A stretch of DNA of 64,000 nt from Actinomycetaceae bacterium (GTDB taxonomy: Bacteria; Actinomycetota; Actinomycetes; Actinomycetales; Actinomycetaceae). Position numbers and translations under genes: made by a program. Positions 19,582 through 29,226 of this stretch are shown piece after piece. Numbering within the stretch: the first letter of the stretch is position 1; each line of letters begins with the position of its first letter. The DNA lies in the NCBI GenBank assembly GCA_030537735.1, contig JAUNVG010000001.1, positions 238,160-302,159 on the forward strand. The letters are read 5' to 3'. Below the pieces are notes generated by a model. That model did no database searches. It saw only the letters and a list, made by a program, of their open reading frames with translations, and was not told where the DNA came from.

Positions 19582-21510
19582 TCAGTTCAGCTGTTCAAAC
19601 TTACGCGCCCACGCCGAGCGAATCGGGTTGGCGTTGGCAAGCATAATGTTGAACCGGTCGTTAGCGATCTCAATCACTTCGGCTAGCGCCACCAAGTGTT
19701 CCTGAGCGGGGGAGTTCTCCAAGCGGCGCACTCCTTGATCGATAATCTGCTGGCGCGAGTCCATGGTGGTTAGGCAAGCCACGAAGGGGAACCCAAACTT
19801 CGCACGATACTGTTCACAAAGCTCACGCAGCTGTTCCTGTTCGGAATCGTTCATTTCCCCTAACGCCAGCGAACCAATATCACGGGAGATTTCTGCAGCT
19901 TCGCCTTCGTCAGAAAGAAGTAGCTGAGCCATATCGGGGTAGTCGTGTATCAACTTATCTTGACGCTCCACGCCGGCGGTCAGCACCGCTTCTTGAATGG
20001 TGTCACGCAACTGCTGGACGTCTTTGAAGGGACGCCCTTGCCAGGCTTGTTCAAGCGGCCATACTTGGTCGTTGAAAAGGGGCGCAAAAGTGCGTACGAA
20101 CTCGGTTTGATCCATGGCGTTAACCTGCTCTAAACCAATCGCCCGCCCGTCACTTCCGGCAGCTACATCTGGACCGGATTGGCGCCCTACGTGGAAGAAC
20201 AGCAGGTTCAGCACGATGGCGGTAATGGATCCCAGTGTCACCCCGGAGGCGAAGAAAATCTGAGCCCAAGATGGGAATACCGCCGCGATGCCTGGTTTGA
20301 ATGAAACCAGCATTGCCAGCCCAAGGGAAGTGGTAACAATGACTGCGTTGCGGGCATCATGCAGGTCCACTTTCGAAAGCATCTGAATGCCAACCAGCGC
20401 CACGTTGGCAAACAACGCTAGGGAGGCTCCGCCCAGCACTGGGCCGGGGATGGAAGCCACTATCGCTCCGGCCTTGGGGATCAGGCCAAGGATGATCATA
20501 ATGACCCCGGCGGCGGCCACTACCCAGCGTGATTTCACTCGAGTTAGGCGCACCAGTCCGACATTTTGCGCAAAGCAGGTGTAGGGGAAGGAGTTGAGCA
20601 CTCCTCCCAAAGCGGTTGATAGCCCGTCAGCTCGCAAGGCGGCAGCAATGTGTTCCTTCGTTATGCGCCGTCCCACGATTTCGCCGGCTGCAAAGACATC
20701 GCCGGTGGTTTCCACCATGGTTATGAGCATGACGATAATCATGGAGATGGCACCGCTGAGGGCAAACTTTGGCCACCCGAAGTAGAACGGGGTAGTTACC
20801 CCCACCCAGGAGGAGGTGCTGACCGCCCCGAATGAAGCATCCCCCAGTGCGATCGCCACCGCCGTGCCGATCACCAGGCCCAGCAATACGGAGATGGTTC
20901 CGAGGAAGCCTTTGAAGAACCGCTGCACCACGATGATGATTGCCAAGGTGCCGGCGGCGTAGGCCAGGGAGCGCATGCCTATGGGTTGGGGCGGGTTCAT
21001 CTCGTCGACGCGGTTGATGATGTCTCCGGCGCTCACGCCCAGCAGGGTGATGCCCATGGTGATTAGGACGGTGCCAATCACTACTTGGGGAAAGAACCTG
21101 ATAAAGCGAGCGAATAGGGGAGCGGCGAAGAAGGTGAACAGGCCGGCAATAATGATTGATCCGTAGATATAGGGAAGGCCCGCAACACCTCCGTCCGGTC
21201 CGGTGACTGCGAGCCCAATAGCAATGATGGGGGAGATAGCGGTGGTTGTGACACCTTGGATAATGGGTAGTCTTACGCCGACTTTCCAAAATCCAACGGA
21301 TTGGATCAAGGTGGCGATCCCGCAGGTGAATAGGTCGGCGTTAATAAGGTGGATGGTTTCTTCCGGCCCTAGTTTCAGCCCACCTGCGATTACCAGTGGC
21401 ACTACTACCGCGCCGGCGTAGAATGCCAAGACGTGCTGGACTGATAGCAGCGCGGTCTTTGGTAGGGGAGGGAGGGCGTCGACGGGGTGAATCTGGCTGG
21501 GATTGCGCAT
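19582..21510 (-). CDS. NCS2/NAT nucleobase (xanthine/uric acid-type) permease fused to a C-terminal OHCU-decarboxylase-like domain
   Basis: NAT signature QNVGLVRLTR. C-terminal 183 aa have RPF...FGFPFVAC...RRLENSPAQE typical of UraD. Start set at ATG 21510 (GAGGA Shine-Dalgarno) rather than ORF-track 21822, which would overlap the divergent gene. Confidence 0.75.
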   Translation of the reverse strand: MRNPSQIHPVDALPPLPKTALLSVQHVLAFYAGAVVVPLVIAGGLKLGPEETIHLINADLFTCGIATLIQSVGFWKVGVRLPIIQGVTTTAISPIIAIGLAVTGPDGGVAGLPYIYGSIIIAGLFTFFAAPLFARFIRFFPQVVIGTVLITMGITLLGVSAGDIINRVDEMNPPQPIGMRSLAYAAGTLAIIIVVQRFFKGFLGTISVLLGLVIGTAVAIALGDASFGAVSTSSWVGVTTPFYFGWPKFALSGAISMIIVMLITMVETTGDVFAAGEIVGRRITKEHIAAALRADGLSTALGGVLNSFPYTCFAQNVGLVRLTRVKSRWVVAAAGVIMIILGLIPKAGAIVASIPGPVLGGASLALFANVALVGIQMLSKVDLHDARNAVIVTTSLGLAMLVSFKPGIAAVFPSWAQIFFASGVTLGSITAIVLNLLFFHVGRQSGPDVAAGSDGRAIGLEQVNAMDQTEFVRTFAPLFNDQVWPLEQAWQGRPFKDVQQLRDTIQEAVLTAGVERQDKLIHDYPDMAQLLLSDEGEAAEISRDIGSLALGEMNDSEQEQLRELCEQYRAKFGFPFVACLTTMDSRQQIIDQGVRRLENSPAQEHLVALAEVIEIANDRFNIMLANANPIRSAWARKFEQLN

Positions 21511-21616
21511 AGTGATCCTCACATCGTGATGCTGGATATGTTCACTATAGAATGGCGCCAGGTAAACTCCTAAATTCTTCTCGACAGTTAGAACTACCAT
21601 CTGCAAGGACTGATTA

Positions 21617-23092
21617 TTGACTGAGTTCATTTCTCTGTTCACGATCGCGGTGATCGCCTTGCTGGCGCCGCTGATCTCCCACTTGATACCCCGGAACGCG
21701 ATTCCGGAGGTGGTGCTTTTGGTGGGTGCGGGCGTAGTGGTCGGCCCTAACGTTTTGGGGCTGGTGCACTTATCGGGCTCGCTCAGTTTGCTAAGTGAGC
21801 TTGGCCTGGCGTTCTTATTCATGTTGGCTGGCTATGAGATTGAGGTGGCTCAGGTTAAGGGGCCACGAGGACGTATCGCCCTGGGCGCGTGGATAGCTAG
21901 TTTCGCGTTGGCGGCGTTAGCCGTTTTCTTACTGCCTTTGGTGGAGTTCGATACTTTCCAGGGGGCGGCGATCGCGATTTCTTTAACAGCCACCGCCTTG
22001 GGAACCTTGATTCCGATTCTGAAAGAACGCGGGATTTTGCGTTCCCCAGTTGGGCTCATGGTTACCGCCCACGGGATAGTGGGGGAAATAGCACCTATCT
22101 TGGCAATGGCGTTGCTGCTGTCTTTTCGCTCCACCGCTGAGACTTTGGCTGTTATCGGCGCTTTCATTTTGATTTCGGTAGTGATCGCCACTGTCCCGGT
22201 CCAGGCACGCAAGTTCGGCTCACGCCTGCTGGCATTGATTCACATGAAGGCCCAAACCACCGCCCAAACTACGGTTCGCCTAACTGTGGTGGTGTTGGTT
22301 GGTTTGGTGACGCTGGCTGATATTTTTGCTCTTGACGTGGTGCTGGGGGCTTTCGCTGCGGGCTTCATTGTCCGCACCGCGGTGCCAGATGGGCGTGAGG
22401 AGTTGGAAGAAAAACTTGACGGCCTTGCCTACGGGTTCATGATTCCGCTTTTCTTCGTCACTTCCGGTGCCGCTATCGATCCTGCGGCGGTAGGTGAACA
22501 GCCCCTAGCTTTGGTTGGGTTCGTGGTCTTGCTGCTTGGGGTGCGTGCGATTCCGGTTTTCGTTTCCACCTATTTGCCTTCCATCCGCGACGATTTCACT
22601 TCGCGCGAGCGCGTCACGGTGGCGCTGTACGCCACTACGTCGCTACCGATTATCGTGGCGGTCACCCACGTCGCTACCGCTGCGGAGGCGATGTCTGAAA
22701 CAGTGGCGTCGATTTTGGTTTCCGCAGGTGCCCTTTCGGTACTGTTGATGCCGATGCTGGCGGCGATCAGCGGGGCGGCTGCAGATGCGCATCCGATTCA
22801 ACGTGCCCTTTCACAAATGCGGCGCCTGGGTGGCTCTCGCACCAGCGGGGTGTCGAAGACGGCAGCTAACACCATGCGTAAGCGCGGAAACACTAAGTCG
22901 ACTCGCACTGCTGAAGGATCTAAGAGCGCGCAGGCTTCTTCGCGGGTGCAGACCCAAAGCAGCACGCCAGGTACTAAAACCGGCAGCGCTTCAGGCACTA
23001 AGCCGCGTTCTTCCGCTGCTCCTAAGGTGTCCTCTCCACTGTCTCGAGGCAAACGCCCATCTAAGGATGTAAATGCCGATAAGTCTTCTTGA
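21617..23092 (+). CDS. Cation:proton antiporter (CPA2-like) with Ser/Thr/Lys-rich C-terminal tail
   Basis: TTG start. About 12 hydrophobic segments typical of Na+/H+ or K+/H+ exchanger family proteins. Low-complexity tail of about 90 aa. Confidence 0.7.
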   Translation: MTEFISLFTIAVIALLAPLISHLIPRNAIPEVVLLVGAGVVVGPNVLGLVHLSGSLSLLSELGLAFLFMLAGYEIEVAQVKGPRGRIALGAWIASFALAALAVFLLPLVEFDTFQGAAIAISLTATALGTLIPILKERGILRSPVGLMVTAHGIVGEIAPILAMALLLSFRSTAETLAVIGAFILISVVIATVPVQARKFGSRLLALIHMKAQTTAQTTVRLTVVVLVGLVTLADIFALDVVLGAFAAGFIVRTAVPDGREELEEKLDGLAYGFMIPLFFVTSGAAIDPAAVGEQPLALVGFVVLLLGVRAIPVFVSTYLPSIRDDFTSRERVTVALYATTSLPIIVAVTHVATAAEAMSETVASILVSAGALSVLLMPMLAAISGAAADAHPIQRALSQMRRLGGSRTSGVSKTAANTMRKRGNTKSTRTAEGSKSAQASSRVQTQSSTPGTKTGSASGTKPRSSAAPKVSSPLSRGKRPSKDVNADKSS

Positions 23093-23149
23093 CGCTTCCT
23101 TCCCGCGGGTAAGCGTATTGCTACCCGTTAGTTCGCTAGACTGACGTAT

Positions 23150-25777
23150 ATGCGAACTATTACTAAGGCTGAAGCCCTCCAACGCGCACAGGACATTACC
23201 TGGGTGGCGAACCGTGTGGAGTTGGATCTTACTAACGCTGAGGATCTGGAGGCTGCTACCTTCGGTTCCGTAACAGTTTTGGACTTCATTTCCCAATCTG
23301 AGACCACGTTCATTGACCTTATCGCCGATAGCGTTAGTGCCGTAACCGTAGACGGTGAGCCCGCCCAGTACCATTTCGATGGGGCGCGCATAACGTTAGA
23401 AGAGCTACCAACGGGCAGGGAACTTGAGGTTCGCATTGACGCCCGCTGCCGGTATTCACGCAGCGGTGAGGGCCTGCACCGCTACCGCGACCCCGAAGAT
23501 GGGCGCGTTTACCTCTACACCCAGTTTGAGCCCACTGACGCGCGGCGCGTCTACGCGTGCTTTGACCAGCCGGGAATGAAGGCTCGCTGGAGCATGCAGG
23601 TTAAAGCTTGTTCCGATTGGGTGGTCCTTTCTAATCAACCAGCCACGCAGACGAACACCACCCAAGATGGCTTCCAGTTGGTTTCTTTCGCCCCAACCCC
23701 GCCGCTTTCTGCATACATCACCGCGGTAGTGGCAGGGCCTTATAAGTACTTTGACGGGGGCACGTGGAGTGGGGGAGCCTCTGACGGGGGTCATGTTGAG
23801 ATTCCGCTCGGCCTGTACTGCCGCCAGGCGTTAGCGAAGTTTTGCGATGCCGAAGATATCTTCCACACCACTCGCACGGGTTTGGATTTTTATCACGATC
23901 GCTATGGCTTCACCTACCCGTGGGGTAAGTATGATCAGGTTTTCGTTCCCGAATACAACTTAGGGGCAATGGAAAACCCCGGGTGCGTTACCTTCACCGA
24001 GGACTACCTGTACCGTGATACGCCAACGCAAGCGCAAAAACAGTCGCGGGCGAATACGATTTTCCACGAAATGTGCCACATGTGGTTTGGTGACCTGGTT
24101 ACTCCCGCGTGGTGGGATGATCTGTGGTTGAAGGAGTCTTTTGCCGATAACCAAGGCTCTTGGGGCTTGGTTGAAACCGGTCTGTATCCGGGGGAGTGGG
24201 CTACTTTCGCTGCCGGCCGCAAAGAGTGGGCTTACCATCAAGATCAGCTTCCCACCACGCACCCGATTGCCGCTGACATTCCCGATGTGGAGGCCGCTAA
24301 ACACAACTTCGATGGCATTACCTACGCCAAAGGGGCGGCGGTTTTAAAGCAGCTGGTGGCTTACGTGGGGCCGGAGGCTTTCTTCGCGGGGGCGCGCACC
24401 TATTTCCAAGACCATGCTTTCGGCGCGACCTCGCTGCCTGATTTCCTTTCCGCCTTGCAAGATGCTTCCCACCGCGAGGACCTGGATCAGTGGCAGCAAG
24501 CGTGGCTGCACACCGCCAGTCCCTCTCGGCTGCGCTCTGACCTGCAGGCCTCGCCCGGTTCTCAGACCGCTATTTTGCACCTGGAACAGTCGTGTACCGA
24601 TGCTGTAACCGGGCAGGACGTGCTTCGCCCTCACGCGCTGCGGGTGGGCCTTTACAGTATGGGTTCGGGGCGAGGCCGTGTGGGTAGTGTCGATGTGACC
24701 TTGCGTGAGCGGCAACTGCAGGTGGAGTTGTCTGCGGCACAGTTGGATACGTCCGTTGACTTTTGCGATGTGGACCTGGTGGTCTGTAATGATGATGACC
24801 TCACCTACGCTGTGATGCAGTTCGACGAAGCCCAGCTAGCTACCGCTTTGGAGCATGTGGGAGATATTCCTCAGTCGGTTTCGCGCGCGGTGGTGTGGTC
24901 GGCGCTATGGGCCGCGGTGTTGGATGGACGCGTGGACCCGGCGCGTTACCTGCAGGCGGCGGCCCGTTTTGCTCCGCAGGAAACTGATGCTCCGCTGGCT
25001 CTAGATATTGCGAATCGGGCGCTAGAAGTGCTGGGACGCTACCTACCTGGGGGGAGGCGTCGGCAACTGGGAGCAGCTTTTGCTTCCACCGCTATTGCCC
25101 GCATTGCGCAGGCTGACAGGGACAGCGATGACGCGAAGTTGTGGGCCCAGGTCGCGGTTCGCACGCTGGCGTTACTCGATGACGACAATGCGGATTTCAC
25201 GGCCTTCTTGGAAGACCTAGCGGCGCTTCGTTCCCCCTTGTTGGAGGTGGGGCCGTCGCTGGCTTGGCGGGCTCGCACGGTGTTGGCGGCGCGCGGCCTG
25301 CTAACGGAAGAAGACATTAAGGCGGCTTTAGCTGCCGACCCGTCGGGGGAAGCACATGAGTCAGCGCTGGTTGCCCGCAGCGCCATGCCCACCCGTACCG
25401 CTCGCCTGCGGGCCTGGGATCAGGTGGTTTCCCAAGATCTAGCTAATGATGATTTGAGCGCCATCTTGTCCGGTTTGCACCTGGGTGCGGCGCGCGCCGG
25501 AGCGGTTGGGCTCACCACCCAGTTCTTCGCCAACGTGGATGAGTACTGGGACAACCACACCATTGGGATGGGTAGGCGTTTTCTTGCGGGTGCTTATCCG
25601 GCGCGGGTGGATCTGGATTTCCCCGAGGATGCGCAGGCTGTGCTGTCCCTAGCACAGGCCTGGTTAGAGGCGCGAGCGCACGCTCCCCACGCCCTCGTTC
25701 GTCTGATGCGTGAAGGCTACGATAATCTCCAACGTTCCTACCGATTGCAGAAACAATGGATGATTCCCAACGCTTAG
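23150..25777 (+). CDS. pepN: Aminopeptidase N (M1 family)
   Basis: GAMENPG exopeptidase motif and zinc motif HEMCHMWFGDLVT ... WLKESFA. Confidence 0.9.
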   Translation: MRTITKAEALQRAQDITWVANRVELDLTNAEDLEAATFGSVTVLDFISQSETTFIDLIADSVSAVTVDGEPAQYHFDGARITLEELPTGRELEVRIDARCRYSRSGEGLHRYRDPEDGRVYLYTQFEPTDARRVYACFDQPGMKARWSMQVKACSDWVVLSNQPATQTNTTQDGFQLVSFAPTPPLSAYITAVVAGPYKYFDGGTWSGGASDGGHVEIPLGLYCRQALAKFCDAEDIFHTTRTGLDFYHDRYGFTYPWGKYDQVFVPEYNLGAMENPGCVTFTEDYLYRDTPTQAQKQSRANTIFHEMCHMWFGDLVTPAWWDDLWLKESFADNQGSWGLVETGLYPGEWATFAAGRKEWAYHQDQLPTTHPIAADIPDVEAAKHNFDGITYAKGAAVLKQLVAYVGPEAFFAGARTYFQDHAFGATSLPDFLSALQDASHREDLDQWQQAWLHTASPSRLRSDLQASPGSQTAILHLEQSCTDAVTGQDVLRPHALRVGLYSMGSGRGRVGSVDVTLRERQLQVELSAAQLDTSVDFCDVDLVVCNDDDLTYAVMQFDEAQLATALEHVGDIPQSVSRAVVWSALWAAVLDGRVDPARYLQAAARFAPQETDAPLALDIANRALEVLGRYLPGGRRRQLGAAFASTAIARIAQADRDSDDAKLWAQVAVRTLALLDDDNADFTAFLEDLAALRSPLLEVGPSLAWRARTVLAARGLLTEEDIKAALAADPSGEAHESALVARSAMPTRTARLRAWDQVVSQDLANDDLSAILSGLHLGAARAGAVGLTTQFFANVDEYWDNHTIGMGRRFLAGAYPARVDLDFPEDAQAVLSLAQAWLEARAHAPHALVRLMREGYDNLQRSYRLQKQWMIPNA

Positions 25778-26637
25778 CACCGCCCACACTCGATAGCAGT
25801 GGGGCACAGGCACCGCCCCTTCGCCGGCGCGCGCAAAGGCATGAGGCTGAATCCTCCGCGGTGGAGGACGCCTCGCTTTCTTTGCTGCGTTCTTTGCTTG
25901 ACGACCCGTTGAGCTACTACGTTGCTTCGCGCCCCAAGGTTAACCCTCGGCGTTCTTTTGCTGAGCGCGTATTGATTGGCGTACTGACTTTGCTAATGGC
26001 CTTCATGATCACTTGGTCGGTGCGTGCGCTGGTTTCGATGGCGGATCCGCAGGAGGTGGTGCGTGATGGTTTGGTTAGCCAAGTTAGTTCCCAGCGTGCC
26101 CAGTTGGAAAGCCTGTCGGGCCAGGTCGATGAGCTGAAAGGGCAGTTGTCGTTACTTTCTGCAGCTAATCCAGTTGCCACTGAGGTTGACTCCCAAAGTG
26201 CGTTGTCAGCGCAGTTGGATGAGCTTGAGGGCGAGGGTGTGGTCGTTACCTTGAGTGAGTCTGATTCCCAGGATCGGCAAAAGCGGGTACAGGATACGGA
26301 TCTGCGCATTTTGGTTAATGCCCTGTGGTCTGCGGATGCGGAGGGTATCAGCATCAATGGGGAGCGGTTGGGGCCGAACACCGCGATCCGTAGCGCCGGT
26401 GGCACGATTTTAGTTAACTTCAATCCGATAGTTGCCCCCTATCAAGTTGGCGCTATCGGTGACCAGCGGGCCTTGGAGTTAGCGGTTCGCCGGGGGGAGG
26501 CTAGTAAGTATTTCGATGCTTTGTCTTCGCTTTATGGCATTTCGGTTAAGATTGTTCGCCAACCCGACATTCACTTGGATAAAGCCGCACTTAACAGCCC
26601 AAAGTTAGCTACTGTTATGAGCACGGAGGAGGAATAG
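25756..26637 (+). CDS. DUF881-domain membrane protein
   Basis: N-terminal TM helix, coiled-coil segment, and LVNALWSADAEGISINGERL motif. First gene of the conserved DUF881-sbp-DUF881 triad. Confidence 0.65.
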   Translation: MDDSQRLAPPTLDSSGAQAPPLRRRAQRHEAESSAVEDASLSLLRSLLDDPLSYYVASRPKVNPRRSFAERVLIGVLTLLMAFMITWSVRALVSMADPQEVVRDGLVSQVSSQRAQLESLSGQVDELKGQLSLLSAANPVATEVDSQSALSAQLDELEGEGVVVTLSESDSQDRQKRVQDTDLRILVNALWSADAEGISINGERLGPNTAIRSAGGTILVNFNPIVAPYQVGAIGDQRALELAVRRGEASKYFDALSSLYGISVKIVRQPDIHLDKAALNSPKLATVMSTEEE

Positions 26638-26640
26638 AAC

Positions 26641-26973
26641 GTGATCGCTATTTTCGGGCTCATCATCGGAGTGGTTCTGGGGATCTTGATTGACCCGGAG
26701 ATTCCTTACGTGTTGCAGCCCTTCTTGCCCGTAGCTGTAGTGGCAGCGATTGACGCTCTTTTCGGGGGGACGCGTTCTTATTTGGATGGCCGCTTCTCGG
26801 ATCGGGTTTTCATTGTTTCCTTCTTCTGGAACGTGTTAGTCGCAGCGCTGCTGGTGTTCCTCGGTGGACAGTTGGGCGTGGGTGGAGCGATGACCACTGC
26901 GATCGTGGTGGTTTTGGGGATCCGGATCTTCTCTAACGCGGCCGCTATTCGCCGGCATATTTTTGGAGCTTAG
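26641..26973 (+). CDS. Small basic membrane protein (DUF1290/Sbp)
   Basis: 110-aa, 3-4 TM protein between two DUF881 genes, as in the M. tuberculosis Rv1823-1825 region. Confidence 0.6.
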   Translation: MIAIFGLIIGVVLGILIDPEIPYVLQPFLPVAVVAAIDALFGGTRSYLDGRFSDRVFIVSFFWNVLVAALLVFLGGQLGVGGAMTTAIVVVLGIRIFSNAAAIRRHIFGA

Positions 26974-27894
26974 ATGAGCTTGCCTGTAGATGGTGACAAG
27001 AATTCGCCTGCGCCGGCTCCGCAGTGGGATCAGCCTCCCACCCAGATGCTACCTGCGGTTGCGAATGCTCCAGCGTCGAAGGATTCACCGCCTGAGCCTT
27101 CAACAGGCGCGGGTTCATCTTCTTCTTCTTTTTCTTCCACGGTTCGGGCCGCTGCCCACACTTCCAACCAGTTTGGAGCTTCAAGCAAGCAGTCGAGCCG
27201 TCGCCTGCGGGATTTACTGGTTGCCCCTATTCGCCCGATCCATGTGGTTATCGCACTGATGTGCTTGGTGCTGGGGTTTGCTTTGGTGACCCAGATTAAG
27301 ATCCAACGCGCTGACCCGTTGGATAACTTGCACGAGGACGAGTTGGTGGTTTTGCTTGACCAGCTGACCACTTCGGAAAGGCAGTTGCGTAAACAGCGCA
27401 ATGAGTTGGCCGTCCAGGTGCAAAGGTTGCAGTCGTCGCATTCTCAGTATGAGGCGGCGAAGGAGGCAGCGCAGAAGGATGCGGAGCGAGCGCAGATAAT
27501 GGCGGGCACGGTGGCGGTGCATGGTCCGGGTTTGACGATGACTTTGCAGGAAGGCAATGAACCGATCACGGCGCATAGTTTTGTCAATATCTTGGGCGAG
27601 TTGCGCAATGCCGGAGCGGAAGCGATTGACGTAAATGGGCAGCGCATTACGGCTTCGAGTTACGTAACGACGGTGCCGGGTGGGTTGAGTATTTCGGGGT
27701 TCACGATCACGCCGCCCTATAGGTGGAGTGTGATTGGGGATGCGGACACGATTTTGCCTGCTTTAGATATTCCGCGGGGGGCGATTTCCCGGGTTCGTGG
27801 TAGTGGTTCTACGGTGACGTTTGAGCGTCATGATGATCTTAAGATCGTCTCAGTGTCGCTGCCGCAGTCTTACCGTTACGCTGAAGTGAAATAA
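26974..27894 (+). CDS. DUF881-domain membrane protein
   Basis: ATG immediately after the preceding TAG. TM helix plus coiled coil plus LRNAGAEAIDVNGQRI motif. Confidence 0.65.
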   Translation: MSLPVDGDKNSPAPAPQWDQPPTQMLPAVANAPASKDSPPEPSTGAGSSSSSFSSTVRAAAHTSNQFGASSKQSSRRLRDLLVAPIRPIHVVIALMCLVLGFALVTQIKIQRADPLDNLHEDELVVLLDQLTTSERQLRKQRNELAVQVQRLQSSHSQYEAAKEAAQKDAERAQIMAGTVAVHGPGLTMTLQEGNEPITAHSFVNILGELRNAGAEAIDVNGQRITASSYVTTVPGGLSISGFTITPPYRWSVIGDADTILPALDIPRGAISRVRGSGSTVTFERHDDLKIVSVSLPQSYRYAEVK

Positions 27895-27966
27895 TGAAGA
27901 TGCTTTAGGGTAAATTAGTAGGTAGTCTGTTATCTTCGTGTGATCGAGTTCTGTGAAGGAGTTCCG

Positions 27967-28401
27967 ATGTCGATTCCGAACGTCCCGGATCCCTCTGAAA
28001 CTGCTGTTTTCGGAGCTGTCGGGGTTCCCGCTGAGGTTGAGGAACCTGCGGTTCAGGCTCCCTTATCTGCTCGTGATCAGGCAGCGGTTGAGGCTTTGCC
28101 GGTGGGTTCAGCGTTGCTGATCGTGCAGCGCGGCCCTAATTCTGGTGCGCGTTTCCTGCTGGATGCGAGCCACACTAGTGCTGGTCGCAGCCCGAAGGCA
28201 GACATCTTTTTGGATGATGTGACGGTGTCGCGTCGTCACTGTGAGTTCATTGCTAGCGAGGGCGGATTCGTCGTTCGCGATTCTGGTTCCTTGAATGGCA
28301 CCTATGTTAACCGTGAGCGTACTGAACAGGCTGCGCTCAAGGCGGGCGATGAGGTTCAGATCGGCAAGTACCGCTTGACCTACCACCCCTCTCAAAACTG
28401 A
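27967..28401 (+). CDS. garA: FHA-domain regulator GarA/OdhI
   Basis: Near-identical core to GarA: LPVGSALLIVQRGPNSGARFLLD, DIFLDDVTVSRRHCEF, SLNGTYVNRE. N-terminal ETAVF phospho-motif region. Start taken at the internal ATG. Confidence 0.85.
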   Translation: MSIPNVPDPSETAVFGAVGVPAEVEEPAVQAPLSARDQAAVEALPVGSALLIVQRGPNSGARFLLDASHTSAGRSPKADIFLDDVTVSRRHCEFIASEGGFVVRDSGSLNGTYVNRERTEQAALKAGDEVQIGKYRLTYHPSQN

Positions 28402-29162
28402 TGGATTCCTCTGCCAAGAAGTCCTCTCCTGTCGTTGTTACGTCACCGACTCCCTGGCCGCGTGATGTTTCCCACCGTGCCCATTTGCCGATTGGGCAGG
28501 TACTTTCCCTGGTGAAGCCGGAGTTTCCGGCGCTGACTCTTTCGAAGATTCGTTACCTGGAAAAGGAGGGGTTATTAACCCCGAAGCGTACGGCGGCGGG
28601 TTACCGGCAGTATTCTGATGCCGATGTCCAACGCCTGCGTTACATCCTTACTTTGCAGCGGGATTCTTACTGCCCGCTGGAGGTAATCGGCGATCACTTG
28701 GCGGCTTTGGATGCTGGGCATGAAGATGAGCTTGAACCTACCGTGAAGGTGGTTAGTGAGGCCGGTAAAACTAAGGTTCCGGTGGGGTCTTCGGTTAGTG
28801 TGCGCCAGCTTTGCGATCTGACTGGGATTACTCGTGAAGAGGTGGAAAGCTACGTGAAGTTGGGGATTTTGACCCCTGACTTGGCGGGTTATTTTCCGGT
28901 GCGTGCGATCCAGATTGTGCAGCTGGTGGCGCAGATAAATAAGCTTGGTATTCCTACGCGGATGTTGCGTACTTTGCGTAATAGTGCTGAACGGCAAGCT
29001 GACCTGATCGATCAAACGGTGGATCCGATGCGGGCGCGTGGACGTTCCGGTGATGTGGAGCGTGCTCACGCTAAGGCGCAGCAGCTTACGGAGCAGTGCG
29101 CGAACCTTCATCGGGAGTTTTTGCGTGGGGCGGTTGATCGCTTGATGGAAAGCGGTAGATAA
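28401..29162 (+). CDS. MerR-family regulator (Rv1828/FtsR-like)
   Basis: HTH motif IGQVLSLVKPEFPALTLSKIRYLEKEGLLTPKRTAAGYRQYS. Conserved position after garA. TGATG overlap. Confidence 0.75.
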   Translation: MDSSAKKSSPVVVTSPTPWPRDVSHRAHLPIGQVLSLVKPEFPALTLSKIRYLEKEGLLTPKRTAAGYRQYSDADVQRLRYILTLQRDSYCPLEVIGDHLAALDAGHEDELEPTVKVVSEAGKTKVPVGSSVSVRQLCDLTGITREEVESYVKLGILTPDLAGYFPVRAIQIVQLVAQINKLGIPTRMLRTLRNSAERQADLIDQTVDPMRARGRSGDVERAHAKAQQLTEQCANLHREFLRGAVDRLMESGR

Positions 29163-29172
29163 CAATTTCATC

Positions 29173-29226
29173 TCAAGTTAAACTTGAACTTGAAGGCTAG
29201 CCGTGTCGGCATTGACGAATCAAGTT
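29173..29226 (+). promoter_or_regulatory. Candidate MerR-type operator / promoter region
   Basis: 15-nt palindrome TCAAGTT-a-AACTTGA (29173-29187), tandem ACTTGA (29088 region excluded; 29088 not used) at 29188-29193, and a third TCAAGTT at 29220-29226 next to a TTGACG -35-like hexamer (29212-29217). Confidence 0.35.

Noticed and set aside
21511-21616. Purine or guanine riboswitch upstream of the nucleobase permease.
   Set aside because: The 106-nt spacer does not contain the conserved UAUA...GGAUAUGGC...CCGUAAA...GACUAUG elements.
21511-21822. 104-aa N-terminal extension of the permease ORF, overlapping the divergent antiporter gene by about 200 nt.
   Set aside because: The extension is low-complexity and non-hydrophobic. 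The internal ATG 21510 has a GAGGA Shine-Dalgarno sequence and begins just before the first conserved TM region.
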